Shown in pieces: positions 44,930 to 53,558 of a stretch of DNA of 64,000 bases; the first letter of the stretch is position 1; every line of letters begins with the position of its first letter. The stretch covers positions 766 through 64,765 of the forward strand of contig JAVJVZ010000077.1 of the NCBI GenBank assembly GCA_040220855.1. The letters run 5' to 3'. The translations under genes and the position numbers were made by a program. Origin of the DNA: Gammaproteobacteria bacterium (GTDB taxonomy: Bacteria; Pseudomonadota; Gammaproteobacteria; Ga0077536). The notes under the pieces were generated by a model. It saw nothing but the letters and a program-made list of their open reading frames with translations, was not told where the DNA came from and did not search any database.

Positions 44930-45864
44930 TGTCGACCCGCACACGCACCGTGGTGGTCGCGCTCGGCGGCAACGCGCTGCTGCGGCGTGACCAGGCGCCA
45001 CGTTGCGACCTCCAGCGCGCCAATGCACGCGCCGCAGCCGGTGCGCTCGCGCCGCTTGCGCGGACGGGCCGCCTCGTGGTCACGCACGGTAATGGACCGC
45101 AGGTCGGCCTGCTCGCCCTCGCGCAGGCTGCCGACGGTACACCGCTCGACGTCCTCGACGCCGAAACCGAAGGCATGATCGGCTACCTCGTCGCGCAGGA
45201 ACTCGACAATGCGCTTGGGGCCGGGCGGCGCGCGGTGGCGCTGCTGACGCAGGTCGAGGTGGCCGCCGACGATGCCGCCTTCGCCACGCCGACCAAGCCG
45301 ATCGGGCCGGTCTACGCCGCGTCCCACGCCACCGCGCTACGGGCACGACACGGCTGGACGCTGATCGCCGACGGTGACGGTGTCCGCCGCGCGGTGGCGT
45401 CACCGGCGCCACGGCGCATCGTCGAACTGGACGTCATCGAGCTGCTGGTCGCCCACGACGTGGTAGTCGTGTGTGCGGGCGGCGGCGGCATCCCGGTAGT
45501 ACGGCGCGAGGACGGCGCACTCGCCGGCGTCGAAGCGGTCGTCGACAAGGACCTCGCGAGCAGCCTGCTGGCGCGTGCGCTCGACGCCGACGCACTGCTG
45601 CTGCTGACCGACGTCGACGCACTTTACGACGGTTTCGGCACCGCCGCGGCGCGCGCCTGGCGCGAGATCGGCAGCGACACCCTCGCCAGGTACCGCTTCG
45701 CGGCCGGTACCATGGCACCGAAAGTGGCCGCCTGCCGCGCCTTCGTCGACGGCGGCGGCGCGTACGCCGCGATCGGCCGCCTCGATGCCGCGGACGAGGT
45801 GCTCGCGGGCCGTGCCGGCACGCGCATCGTCGCCGGCGCCGCGCCTAGCCGCTGGTGGACCTGA
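44929..45864 (+). CDS. arcC: Carbamate kinase
   Basis: MSTRTRTVVVALGGNALL...VVTHGNGPQVG...CAGGGGIPV.... It overlaps the aminotransferase stop in an ATGA arrangement. 311 aa. Confidence 0.85.
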   Translation: MSTRTRTVVVALGGNALLRRDQAPRCDLQRANARAAAGALAPLARTGRLVVTHGNGPQVGLLALAQAADGTPLDVLDAETEGMIGYLVAQELDNALGAGRRAVALLTQVEVAADDAAFATPTKPIGPVYAASHATALRARHGWTLIADGDGVRRAVASPAPRRIVELDVIELLVAHDVVVVCAGGGGIPVVRREDGALAGVEAVVDKDLASSLLARALDADALLLLTDVDALYDGFGTAAARAWREIGSDTLARYRFAAGTMAPKVAACRAFVDGGGAYAAIGRLDAADEVLAGRAGTRIVAGAAPSRWWT

Positions 45865-47197
45865 CCCCGCGCGCTTCGAGGAAGGACTCGACGATCGCGG
45901 CAAGTGCGCCGGGCAGCACCTCGGCGAACTCGTAGCGCGCCCGCACCAGCGGCTTGTCGAGCGTGACCAGGCGCGCGAGGTCGCAGGGCGTGCCGGACAC
46001 CACCACCTCGGCGCTGCTCGCGTTGATGGTCGCCGCGATCGCCGCGAGCTGTGCCGGCGAGTAACCGAGCGCCGGCAAGACCTTGCCGATATGCGGGTTG
46101 GCCGCGTAGACCGCCGCGATTGCGGGCGTCGCGCTGTCGCGCGGATCGACAATCTCCGCAGCCGGCGCGGCGGCCACGAGACCCGCCCCGTAAGCCATGC
46201 CGCCGTGGGTCAGCGTGGGACCGTCCTCGACCACCAGCACGCGCCGGCCATCGACCGCGGCGGGGTCGTCGAGGGTCACCGGGGAGCGCGCCAGCACCTG
46301 CGGCGCGCGCGGATTCACCGCCGCTACGCTCTCGCGTACGCGGCGTACGTCGGCGGCGGCCGCGGCATCGGACTTGGCGATGATGACGACATCGGCCATG
46401 CGCAGAACCGCCTCGCCCGGATGATGCGTGGTCTCGTCGCCGGCGCGCAGCGGATCGACAAGCACCAGGTGCAGATCGGGACGCAGGAAAGGGAAATCGT
46501 TATTGCCGCCTTCCCACACGATGACGTCGGCCTCGGCTTCGGCGCGGGCCAGGATGGCAGCGTAATCGACACCCGCGTAGACCACCGACCCGGCCGCGAT
46601 ATGCGGTTCGTACTCCTCGCGCTCCTCGACCGTACAGGCAGCGGCATCAACGTCGTCGAGCGTGGCGAAGCGCTGCACGGCCTGGGCGGCAAGGTCGCCA
46701 TAGGGCATCGGGTGACGCAGTACGGCCACGGCGAGCCCGTGCGCACGCAGCAGCCGCACCAGCCAGCGGGCGGTCTGGGACTTGCCGCAACCGGTGCGTA
46801 CCGCCGAGATCGCGATGACCGGGCGGCGGGCCGCGAGCATGGTGCGATGCGGGCCGAGCAGCACGAAATCGGCGCCGGCGGCGAGCGCGATCGAGGCCTG
46901 GTGCATGACGGTCGCGTGGCTCGCATCGCTGTAGGCGAAGACCACCTCGTCGACACCGGCCTCGGCGCACAGGTGGGCAAGGCCGTCGGCCTCCACGATC
47001 GGGATGCCGTCCGGGTAGTGCGGGCCGGCCAGCTCGGGGGGGTAGCGGCGCCCGGCCGTATCCGGGATCTGCGTCGTCGTGAAGGCGATCACCTCTACGC
47101 CCGCGTCCTCGCGATAGACGACGTTGAAGTCGTGAAAGTCGCGCCCGGCGGCGCCGAGAATGACGACGCGCCGGCGTTGCGAACGGATTGCAGCCAT
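45845..47197 (-). CDS. P-loop protein related to cyclic 2,3-diphosphoglycerate synthetase (COG2403-like 'predicted GTPase')
   Basis: The internal start MAAIRSQRRRVVILGAAGRDFHDFNVVY has RBS GGAGGG upstream. A Walker A motif ...AISAVRTGCGKSQTARWL... is present. About 451 aa. It is convergent with arcC and overlaps it by 20 bp. Confidence 0.5.
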   Translation of the reverse strand: MAAIRSQRRRVVILGAAGRDFHDFNVVYREDAGVEVIAFTTTQIPDTAGRRYPPELAGPHYPDGIPIVEADGLAHLCAEAGVDEVVFAYSDASHATVMHQASIALAAGADFVLLGPHRTMLAARRPVIAISAVRTGCGKSQTARWLVRLLRAHGLAVAVLRHPMPYGDLAAQAVQRFATLDDVDAAACTVEEREEYEPHIAAGSVVYAGVDYAAILARAEAEADVIVWEGGNNDFPFLRPDLHLVLVDPLRAGDETTHHPGEAVLRMADVVIIAKSDAAAAADVRRVRESVAAVNPRAPQVLARSPVTLDDPAAVDGRRVLVVEDGPTLTHGGMAYGAGLVAAAPAAEIVDPRDSATPAIAAVYAANPHIGKVLPALGYSPAQLAAIAATINASSAEVVVSGTPCDLARLVTLDKPLVRARYEFAEVLPGALAAIVESFLEARGVRSTSG

Positions 47198-47382
47198 GAA
47201 TTCCCTCCGGGCGGTCCGATGGCGCCGCTCCGCTCGCTCCCATATTGGCAAAGGCCAGCGCGGGCGGGAACCACCGGCACGCCGCCGCGCTGCAGCGTTC
47301 GCGTGGCGCCGGCGGGCCTCGCAATGCGCCAAGGCGCTGTTATCATCGGCCAGAAGGTGGCGACGCCACGAGGAGGAGATCG

Positions 47383-48477
47383 ATGGAAATCGGATTGCAG
47401 TTCATTTTCCAGAACACGCACGAGGGGATGTCGGACGCCGAGATGATGCGCAAGGAGACCGAGATTGCGCTGCTCGCCGAAGAGGTGGGGATGGACTTCC
47501 TGCTGCTGCCCGAACATCACTTCGACCCCAACTACTCGATGATGCCGGACAATACCCAGTGGCTGGCCTACATCGCCGGCAAGACCAACCGCATCAAGAT
47601 CGGCACCGGTGCCATCATCCTGCCCTGGCACGAGAACCCGACCCGGGTCGCCGAGCGCATCATCCTGTTGCAGATCCTGCTCGGCGATCGCTTCATGCTC
47701 GGCTTCGGCCGCGGCCTCGCGCGCGAGGAATACCGCGCCTTCGGCATCGACATGGGCACTTCGCGCGAGCGCTTCGACCAGTCCGCCGAGATCATTCTCG
47801 ACATTCTCGACAGCGGCGTCGCCGAGTACGACACCGAGTACTTCAAACAATCACGGACCGAGGTCACGCCCAAGCCCGTACACGGGTACCGTGACCGCGA
47901 GTTCCTGTCGGTCGCCATGACGCCGGAGTCCGGGCAGGCCGCGGCCAACCTCGGCGCCACCATGATGTCCTTCGTGCAACTGCCGTGGGAGCAGCACAAC
48001 GCGGCCGTCGAAGCCTGGCGCGCGCGCTTCCGCGAGATGCATCCGGGCAGGACGCCGGGCGCACCGGCCTTCTCCGACTTCACCTACTGCCACGAGGATC
48101 CGAAGGTTGCCGAGCAGGTCGCGCGCGAATACCTATCGAAGTACTACCTGAGCGTGATCCGCCATTACGACTTCGATGGCTCGCACTGGGGCGAGACCCA
48201 GGGCTACCAGGCCTACCAGGCCGGCGCCAGCGCCATCCAGGAGGCCGGCATCGAGGCGGCCTGCGAAGCCTTCGTGCAGAACCAGGCCTGGGGCACGCCG
48301 GACCAGATCGTGGAGAAGTGGTCCAGGCGCGTCGCCATGACCGGCGAGCTGCGCCCGGCCATGGCGGTATCCTACGCCGGCATGCCGTTCGACATGGTCG
48401 CCGACAGCCTGCGCCTGATCGGGGCCAAGGTCGCGCCGCGCCTGCGCAAGCTGGGCGCCGAACGCAAGGTCGCCTGA
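47383..48477 (+). CDS. LLM-class (luciferase-like) flavin-dependent oxidoreductase
   Basis: RBS GAGGAGGAG precedes the start. MEIGLQFIFQNTHEGMSDAEMMRKETEIALLAEEVGMDFLLLPEHHF.... 364 aa. Confidence 0.75.
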   Translation: MEIGLQFIFQNTHEGMSDAEMMRKETEIALLAEEVGMDFLLLPEHHFDPNYSMMPDNTQWLAYIAGKTNRIKIGTGAIILPWHENPTRVAERIILLQILLGDRFMLGFGRGLAREEYRAFGIDMGTSRERFDQSAEIILDILDSGVAEYDTEYFKQSRTEVTPKPVHGYRDREFLSVAMTPESGQAAANLGATMMSFVQLPWEQHNAAVEAWRARFREMHPGRTPGAPAFSDFTYCHEDPKVAEQVAREYLSKYYLSVIRHYDFDGSHWGETQGYQAYQAGASAIQEAGIEAACEAFVQNQAWGTPDQIVEKWSRRVAMTGELRPAMAVSYAGMPFDMVADSLRLIGAKVAPRLRKLGAERKVA

Positions 48478-48558
48478 AGCGACGTCGCCCCTGCTGACGC
48501 GCGGCCGGCACCGGCCCGCCGCGCGCCGGCCCTGCAGCCGGGTATCGCTACGGCCGCC

Positions 48559-49050
48559 TCAACGACGCCCGATATCGTCCAGCGCCTGTTGCAGGCGCAG
48601 GGTATCGAGCGCGGCGAACGGCAGGTTGACGAACAGGCCGATGCGCCGCTCGAGCTCGGCAAAGGCGGTACGGAAGCGCTGCAGGCGGGCCAGCTCGTCA
48701 CCGCCGTCGTGGACCGGGTCGGCAATGCCCCAGTGCGCGGTCATCGGTTGCCCGGGCCACACCGGGCACGCCTCCTGCGCGGCGCGGTCGCACACGGTGA
48801 AGACGAAATCGAGGCGTGGCGCGCCGGGCGTGGCGAACTCGTCCCAGCTCTTCGAGCGCAGTCCCGCGGTCGGCAGCTCGAACCGCGCGAGCAGCTCGAG
48901 CGCGAGCGGGTGCACCGTGCCGCCCGGGCGGCTGCCGGCGCTGTAGGCGACGAAGCGGGCCGGGGCGGCGTGATTGAGAATCGCCTCGGCCATGATGCTG
49001 CGCGCCGCGTTCGCGGTGCACAGGAACAGGACGTTGAACTTCTCCGACAT
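48559..49050 (-). CDS. Low-molecular-weight phosphotyrosine phosphatase / ArsC-type arsenate reductase
   Basis: MSEKFNVLFLCTANAARSIMAEAIL... contains the CX5R P-loop. Distal Cys residues (...TVCDRAAQEACPVWPG...) suggest a thioredoxin-coupled ArsC type. Confidence 0.75.
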   Translation of the reverse strand: MSEKFNVLFLCTANAARSIMAEAILNHAAPARFVAYSAGSRPGGTVHPLALELLARFELPTAGLRSKSWDEFATPGAPRLDFVFTVCDRAAQEACPVWPGQPMTAHWGIADPVHDGGDELARLQRFRTAFAELERRIGLFVNLPFAALDTLRLQQALDDIGRR

Positions 49051-49096
49051 GCCGGCACTCCCTCGCGTGTTTCCGCTCGCGCAGCCTGCCAGTGCC

Positions 49097-49182
49097 ATGT
49101 GACAACACTGTCACATGCTCATCGGGCTGGACCGGCTTGACCGCGGGGCAATTTCATTAATATGTTAATGAACCTGTCCGCT
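49097..49182. promoter_or_regulatory. arsC/hpaR divergent intergenic region containing two palindromes: ATGTGACA-acac-TGTCACAT (49097..49116) and TTCATTAAtATgTTAATGAA (49163..49182)
   Basis: Read directly from the sequence. The second palindrome is AT-rich and fits a MarR/HpaR-type operator. Confidence 0.55.
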
Positions 49183-49199
49183 CATCGCGTGCCGCCCTT

Positions 49200-49679
49200 A
49201 TGCAGGTCTTCAGCGAATCCCTGCCGATGCGCCTCTACCGCGCGCTGAACGCGGTCATGCCGCGTTTTCGCGCGGTCTTCGCCGAGCACGGCCTGACCGA
49301 GCCCCAGTGGCGCGTGCTGCGCGTGCTGTGGGAGCACGAGGAGGTCCCCTTCCGCGCGCTGGCCGCGGCGACGCTCGTGCCGGCGCCGAGCCTGGTCGGC
49401 GTGGTCGACCGCCTGCAGGCCGCCGGCCTGGTCACGCGACGGCGCCCGGCGCGCGACCGCCGCCAGGCCCTGGTGCGCGCGACCGCGCAGGGCCTCGCGC
49501 TCGAGCGTGCGGTCACCCCGGCGGTCGAGCAGGTCTACGCCGAGTTGCGCGCCGCGCTCGCACCGGACATCCATGCCGGCCTCGTCGCCGGTCTCGACGC
49601 GCTCGCCGCACTCGAGCTGCCGGCGGTGCCGGCGGCACCACGGCAGCACAGACCCGTCACCGAAGGGGAGCACACATGA
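49200..49679 (+). CDS. hpaR: MarR-family regulator, HpaR-like
   Basis: ...LTEPQWRVLRVLWEHEEVPFRALAAATLVPAPSLVGVVDRLQAAGLVTRRRPARDRRQ.... Its stop overlaps the hpaB start in an ATGA arrangement. Confidence 0.8.
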   Translation: MQVFSESLPMRLYRALNAVMPRFRAVFAEHGLTEPQWRVLRVLWEHEEVPFRALAAATLVPAPSLVGVVDRLQAAGLVTRRRPARDRRQALVRATAQGLALERAVTPAVEQVYAELRAALAPDIHAGLVAGLDALAALELPAVPAAPRQHRPVTEGEHT

Positions 49680-51136
49680 CTGCATCGACGTCCGGCACCG
49701 GCATCCGCACCGGCGCCCAGTACCTGGAGGGCCTGCGCGACGACCGCGACGTGTGGCTGCGCGGCGTGCGCGTCGGCGACGTCACCACCCATCCGGGCCT
49801 GAGCCGCGGCGCCCATACGCTGGCACGCTTCATGGACCGCCAGTTCGACCCGGCCTACCAGGATCGCATCACCTTCGAGGAGAACGGCCGCCGCTACGCG
49901 ATGTCCTTCCTGCTGCCGACATCGCGCGAGGACGTCAAACGCCGCGGCGACGCCTTCTACGAGTGGGCGACGTGGTCGAACGGCATGTTCGGTCGCACAC
50001 CCGATTACAAGAACGCCTCGGTCACCGCCTTCGCCGGCAGCGCGGACTTCCTCGCCCAGGGGCGCCCCGAGTTCGCCGAGAACATGCGCGCCTTTTATCG
50101 CCACGTGCGTGACCACGACCGCGTGCTGACGCACACGCTGGTCAATCCGACCTACAGCCATGCGCAGTATCGCGAGGGCAAGTACGACGACAAGGTCGCA
50201 TTGCACGTGGTCAAGGAAACCGACGCCGGCATCGTGGTGCGCGGCGCGCGCCTGCTCGCCACCCTGGGTCCGCACGCCGACGAAATCGAGGTCTTCCCCT
50301 CGACCCTGCTCACCGCTTCGCAGGAGAACCTGCCGTTCGCCTTCGCCTTCGCCCTTCCCACCGCCACGCCCGGTGTGCGCATGATCTGCCGCGATTCCTA
50401 CGACGACGACAAGTCGTGCTTCGATGCGCCCCTCGCCGCGCGCTTCGAAGAAATGGACGCGGTGGTCGTGTTCGACGACGTGCTGGTCCCGTGGGAGCGC
50501 GTGTTCATGTACCGCGACCCGCTGCTGTGCAACCGTGCCTTCGCCGAAACCAATGCGGTCATCCACATGATGCACCAGGTGGTGTGCGGCAAGCTCGCCA
50601 AGGCCGAATTCGTGGTCGGCCTCCTGTGCGCCATGGCCAGAGCCACCGGCAAGGACCGCGACATGAACGTCAAGGGGCAGATCGCCGAGGCCATGTGGGT
50701 GGCCGAAAGCGTGCGCGCCTTCCGCTACCAGGCCGAAGGCGAAGCGCACGCGGACCAGTACGGCCACTACATGCCGCTGCGCCGACCGCTCGACACCTCG
50801 CGCAATCTCTTTCCACGCCTCTACCCGCGCCTCGTCGAACTGGTCCAGCTGCTCGGCTCGAGTTCGCTGATGGCAACGCCCTGCGAAGCCGACCTCGCGG
50901 GCGACATCGCTGCCGACGTCGCGCGTTACTTCCAGACCGAGAATCTCGCCAGCCGCGACCGCATCGCGCTGTTCCGTCTCGCGCACGACGTCGCCGTATC
51001 CGGCTTCGGCAACCGCCAGGTGCTCTACGAGCGCTTCTTCTTCGGGCCGCAGAACGTGATGGCGTCGATCTATTACGACCAGTACGACAAGGACGCCGCG
51101 GTCGCGCGCGTCGACGCCCTGCTCGCCGGGCGCTGA
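49676..51136 (+). CDS. hpaB: 4-hydroxyphenylacetate 3-monooxygenase oxygenase component (HpaB/TC-FDM family)
   Basis: MTASTSGTGIRTGAQYLEGLRDDRDVWLRGVRVGDVTTHPGL... is a 486-aa protein typical of the HpaB family. Confidence 0.85.
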   Translation: MTASTSGTGIRTGAQYLEGLRDDRDVWLRGVRVGDVTTHPGLSRGAHTLARFMDRQFDPAYQDRITFEENGRRYAMSFLLPTSREDVKRRGDAFYEWATWSNGMFGRTPDYKNASVTAFAGSADFLAQGRPEFAENMRAFYRHVRDHDRVLTHTLVNPTYSHAQYREGKYDDKVALHVVKETDAGIVVRGARLLATLGPHADEIEVFPSTLLTASQENLPFAFAFALPTATPGVRMICRDSYDDDKSCFDAPLAARFEEMDAVVVFDDVLVPWERVFMYRDPLLCNRAFAETNAVIHMMHQVVCGKLAKAEFVVGLLCAMARATGKDRDMNVKGQIAEAMWVAESVRAFRYQAEGEAHADQYGHYMPLRRPLDTSRNLFPRLYPRLVELVQLLGSSSLMATPCEADLAGDIAADVARYFQTENLASRDRIALFRLAHDVAVSGFGNRQVLYERFFFGPQNVMASIYYDQYDKDAAVARVDALLAGR

Positions 51137-51140
51137 GCCT

Positions 51141-51180
51141 GCGCGCTTGATCGCGATCAAGCGCGCGCGCGGATCCGCGG
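51141..51180. terminator. 26-bp perfect palindrome GCGCGCTTGATCGCGATCAAGCGCGC followed by palindrome GCGGATCCGC, immediately after hpaB
   Basis: Read directly from the sequence. It is a candidate terminator hairpin or regulator site. No U-tract follows. Confidence 0.4.
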
Positions 51181-51244
51181 CGCGGCGCCCACACGTCACG
51201 CCACGGTCATCAGGCTGCAACACGCAACGGCGCAGGATGGCGCC

Positions 51245-53029
51245 ATGTTCTTACGCGTGGTGCTCGTTGCGCTTCTCTCTACGCTGCTCGCGAGCGGCGA
51301 CGCCCATGCGTGGTGGCACGATGACTGGCCCTATCGCAAGGCCATCACCATCGATCCCGCGAACCTTCCGGCAGGCAGTGCGGCAATTGATGACGCGACG
51401 GTGCTGCTGCGCCTCCACCCGGGCAACTTCGACTACTTCTTCAACCTGCGCGAGGACGCCGGCGATCTGCGCTTCATCAGTGCAGACGACCTCACGGCCT
51501 ATCCCTATCACGTCGAGCACTACGACGCCGCTGCCGGCATTGCCCTTGTATGGCTGCGCCTGCCGCGCGTCGCCGCCGACATGGCGCCGCTTTGGATGTA
51601 CTACGGGAACCCGGAGGCACCGCCGGCGGATCTGCCCGCCGAGAGCGTGCGTCCCGACCGTGCGCTGACCCTGCATTTCGGCGAGAGTGGCGGGTCGCCA
51701 CGTGACAGCTCGAGCTTCGGGCTCACGCCGGAAGTCTTCACCGCGCGCCTCGTCCCGAATGGCCTGATCGGCCGCGGCGCCCGCTTTGCGCAGGACTCGA
51801 CGCTGGTGCTGCCGACCTCGCCGGTACTCGACCCAGGCGCCACGGGCGGTACGACTTTGAGCTTCTGGTTGTACCTCGACAGGCCAGCCGCGACCGATCA
51901 CCGCTTACGCATCGTCGGCCACGCCGCGACGGACGGTGCACTCACGCTCGAGATCGACGATGGCATCCCGGTACTCAGCGTGCGAGATGCGGGCGCCACC
52001 CAGGAGCTGCGATCCGAACGTGCGCTCGCCTGGGAACACTGGCATCACCTCGCGCTCACCCTCGATACCGAGGTCGGCCTCTATCTCGATGGAGAACGGG
52101 TCGCCAGCGGCGCAGCGCCGCAGGTTGCCACCAACGGCATGCTCATCGCGGGCGCAACGCAGGACACCGGCGGCTTCAGCGGCCTGCTCGATGAACTCGC
52201 TTTCGACCGCCGTGTGCTGCCTGCGCATGAAATCGCTCTCGCGGCCGCGACGCAGGGACCCGAACGCGCCCTGCTGGCGCTCGGCGCCGACGAATCGCAC
52301 GGCGGCGGCGAAGCGATCGCGGAGTATTTTTCGCTGTTCGCCTCGATGTTCACCTCGGTGCGTCCCGAAGGCTGGGTGATCCTGCTGCTGCTGGCCCTGC
52401 TCGGTCTCGCAGCGGTTGACGTGCTGCTCACCAAGGCTGTCGCGCTGGCACGCATCGAACGGGCCGACGCGCACTTCCTGGATGCTTTTGCCACCACGCG
52501 GCTCGACGATGACACGGCGGCCGACGGGCTCGGCGCGGACGGCAACCAGCAGACCCGTCACTCGAGCTTGCTGCGCGTCTACCGCGCCGGGCTCGGCGAG
52601 TGGAAGCTCGCCGTAGGCGATGCATCGACACATCACGGTGGTGCCGCGGCGGTGGGCTTGCTCGACGCCGTGCGCGCCGGCCTGGAAGCGGCGCTCGTGG
52701 CCGAAACCGAACGCCTCAATGCGCGCCTCGTGGTGCTCACACTCGCGGTCAGCGGCGGCCCCTTCCTCGGCCTGCTCGGTACCGTGCTCGGCGTCATGAT
52801 CACCTTCGCCTCGATTGCCGCGCAGGGTGAGGTCAACGTCAACACCATCGCGCCCGGCGTTGCTGCCGCGCTCACCACCACGGTGATGGGGCTGGTCGTC
52901 GCGATTCCCGCGATGTTCGGCTACAACTATCTCGCCGGGCGCATCACGCGGCGTATCACCGGCATGGAAGTCTTCGCCGAGCAGCTGCTCAGTCGTCTCG
53001 CCCGGCGACTCGCCCGGGCGGCGCCCTGA
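51245..53029 (+). CDS. DUF2341/LamG-like periplasmic domain fused to MotA/TolQ/ExbB proton-channel domain
   Basis: Signal/TM start MFLRVVLVALLSTLLASGDAHAWWHDDWPYRKAITIDP... is characteristic of DUF2341. The C-terminus reads ...LTLAVSGGPFLGLLGTVLGVMITF..., the ExbB/TolQ motif. 594 aa. Confidence 0.75.
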   Translation: MFLRVVLVALLSTLLASGDAHAWWHDDWPYRKAITIDPANLPAGSAAIDDATVLLRLHPGNFDYFFNLREDAGDLRFISADDLTAYPYHVEHYDAAAGIALVWLRLPRVAADMAPLWMYYGNPEAPPADLPAESVRPDRALTLHFGESGGSPRDSSSFGLTPEVFTARLVPNGLIGRGARFAQDSTLVLPTSPVLDPGATGGTTLSFWLYLDRPAATDHRLRIVGHAATDGALTLEIDDGIPVLSVRDAGATQELRSERALAWEHWHHLALTLDTEVGLYLDGERVASGAAPQVATNGMLIAGATQDTGGFSGLLDELAFDRRVLPAHEIALAAATQGPERALLALGADESHGGGEAIAEYFSLFASMFTSVRPEGWVILLLLALLGLAAVDVLLTKAVALARIERADAHFLDAFATTRLDDDTAADGLGADGNQQTRHSSLLRVYRAGLGEWKLAVGDASTHHGGAAAVGLLDAVRAGLEAALVAETERLNARLVVLTLAVSGGPFLGLLGTVLGVMITFASIAAQGEVNVNTIAPGVAAALTTTVMGLVVAIPAMFGYNYLAGRITRRITGMEVFAEQLLSRLARRLARAAP

Positions 53030-53033
53030 ACCG

Positions 53034-53438
53034 ATGCGACGACGTACCCGCCCGCACGTCTACGACGAGCTCAACGTGACGCCGTTGATGGATCTCGCGT
53101 GGACGCTGCTGATTGTCTTCATCATCATGGCGACCGCCACGGTGCAGGGGATCACGGTCGACCTGCCCAAGGCGAGCGATGCACCGAGTCTGGCCAGACC
53201 ACAGACACGCGCCATCACCATCACCGGCGACGGCCGCGTGTTCCTCGATTCGACCCGCGTCACCCTCAGCGAGCTCGAGCAGCGACTGCGCGACCTGCGT
53301 GCGGCCAATCCCGACCTGCCGGTGGTGGTCAAGGGCGATGCCGCGCTGCGCTACGACACCGTCATCGAGGTACTCGATCTCGTCAAGCGCCTCAAGATCC
53401 GCAACCTCGGGCTGGTCACGGCCCGCCTCGTGCGGTAA
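53034..53438 (+). CDS. exbD: ExbD/TolR biopolymer transport protein
   Basis: ...LNVTPLMDLAWTLLIVFIIMA...ITVDLPKAS...VVVKGDAALRYDTVIEVLDLVKRLKIRNLGLVT. 134 aa. Confidence 0.88.
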   Translation: MRRRTRPHVYDELNVTPLMDLAWTLLIVFIIMATATVQGITVDLPKASDAPSLARPQTRAITITGDGRVFLDSTRVTLSELEQRLRDLRAANPDLPVVVKGDAALRYDTVIEVLDLVKRLKIRNLGLVTARLVR

Positions 53439-53558
53439 CGCCCGGGACAGTATCGTGTCGAGAGACGATGAGCACGTTGCGAGTCGGGCAATCGAGGCCC
53501 TGGCGACAGTGGAGGCGCCGGCAGGTGCGCGTGCGCGCGGCGAGTCGGCCGCGCGACC

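Noticed and set aside
51141-51166. 26-bp palindrome as possible terminal inverted repeat of an IS or MITE
   Set aside because: There is no transposase ORF, no second matching repeat and no target-site duplication in the window. It is kept as a terminator or regulatory candidate instead.
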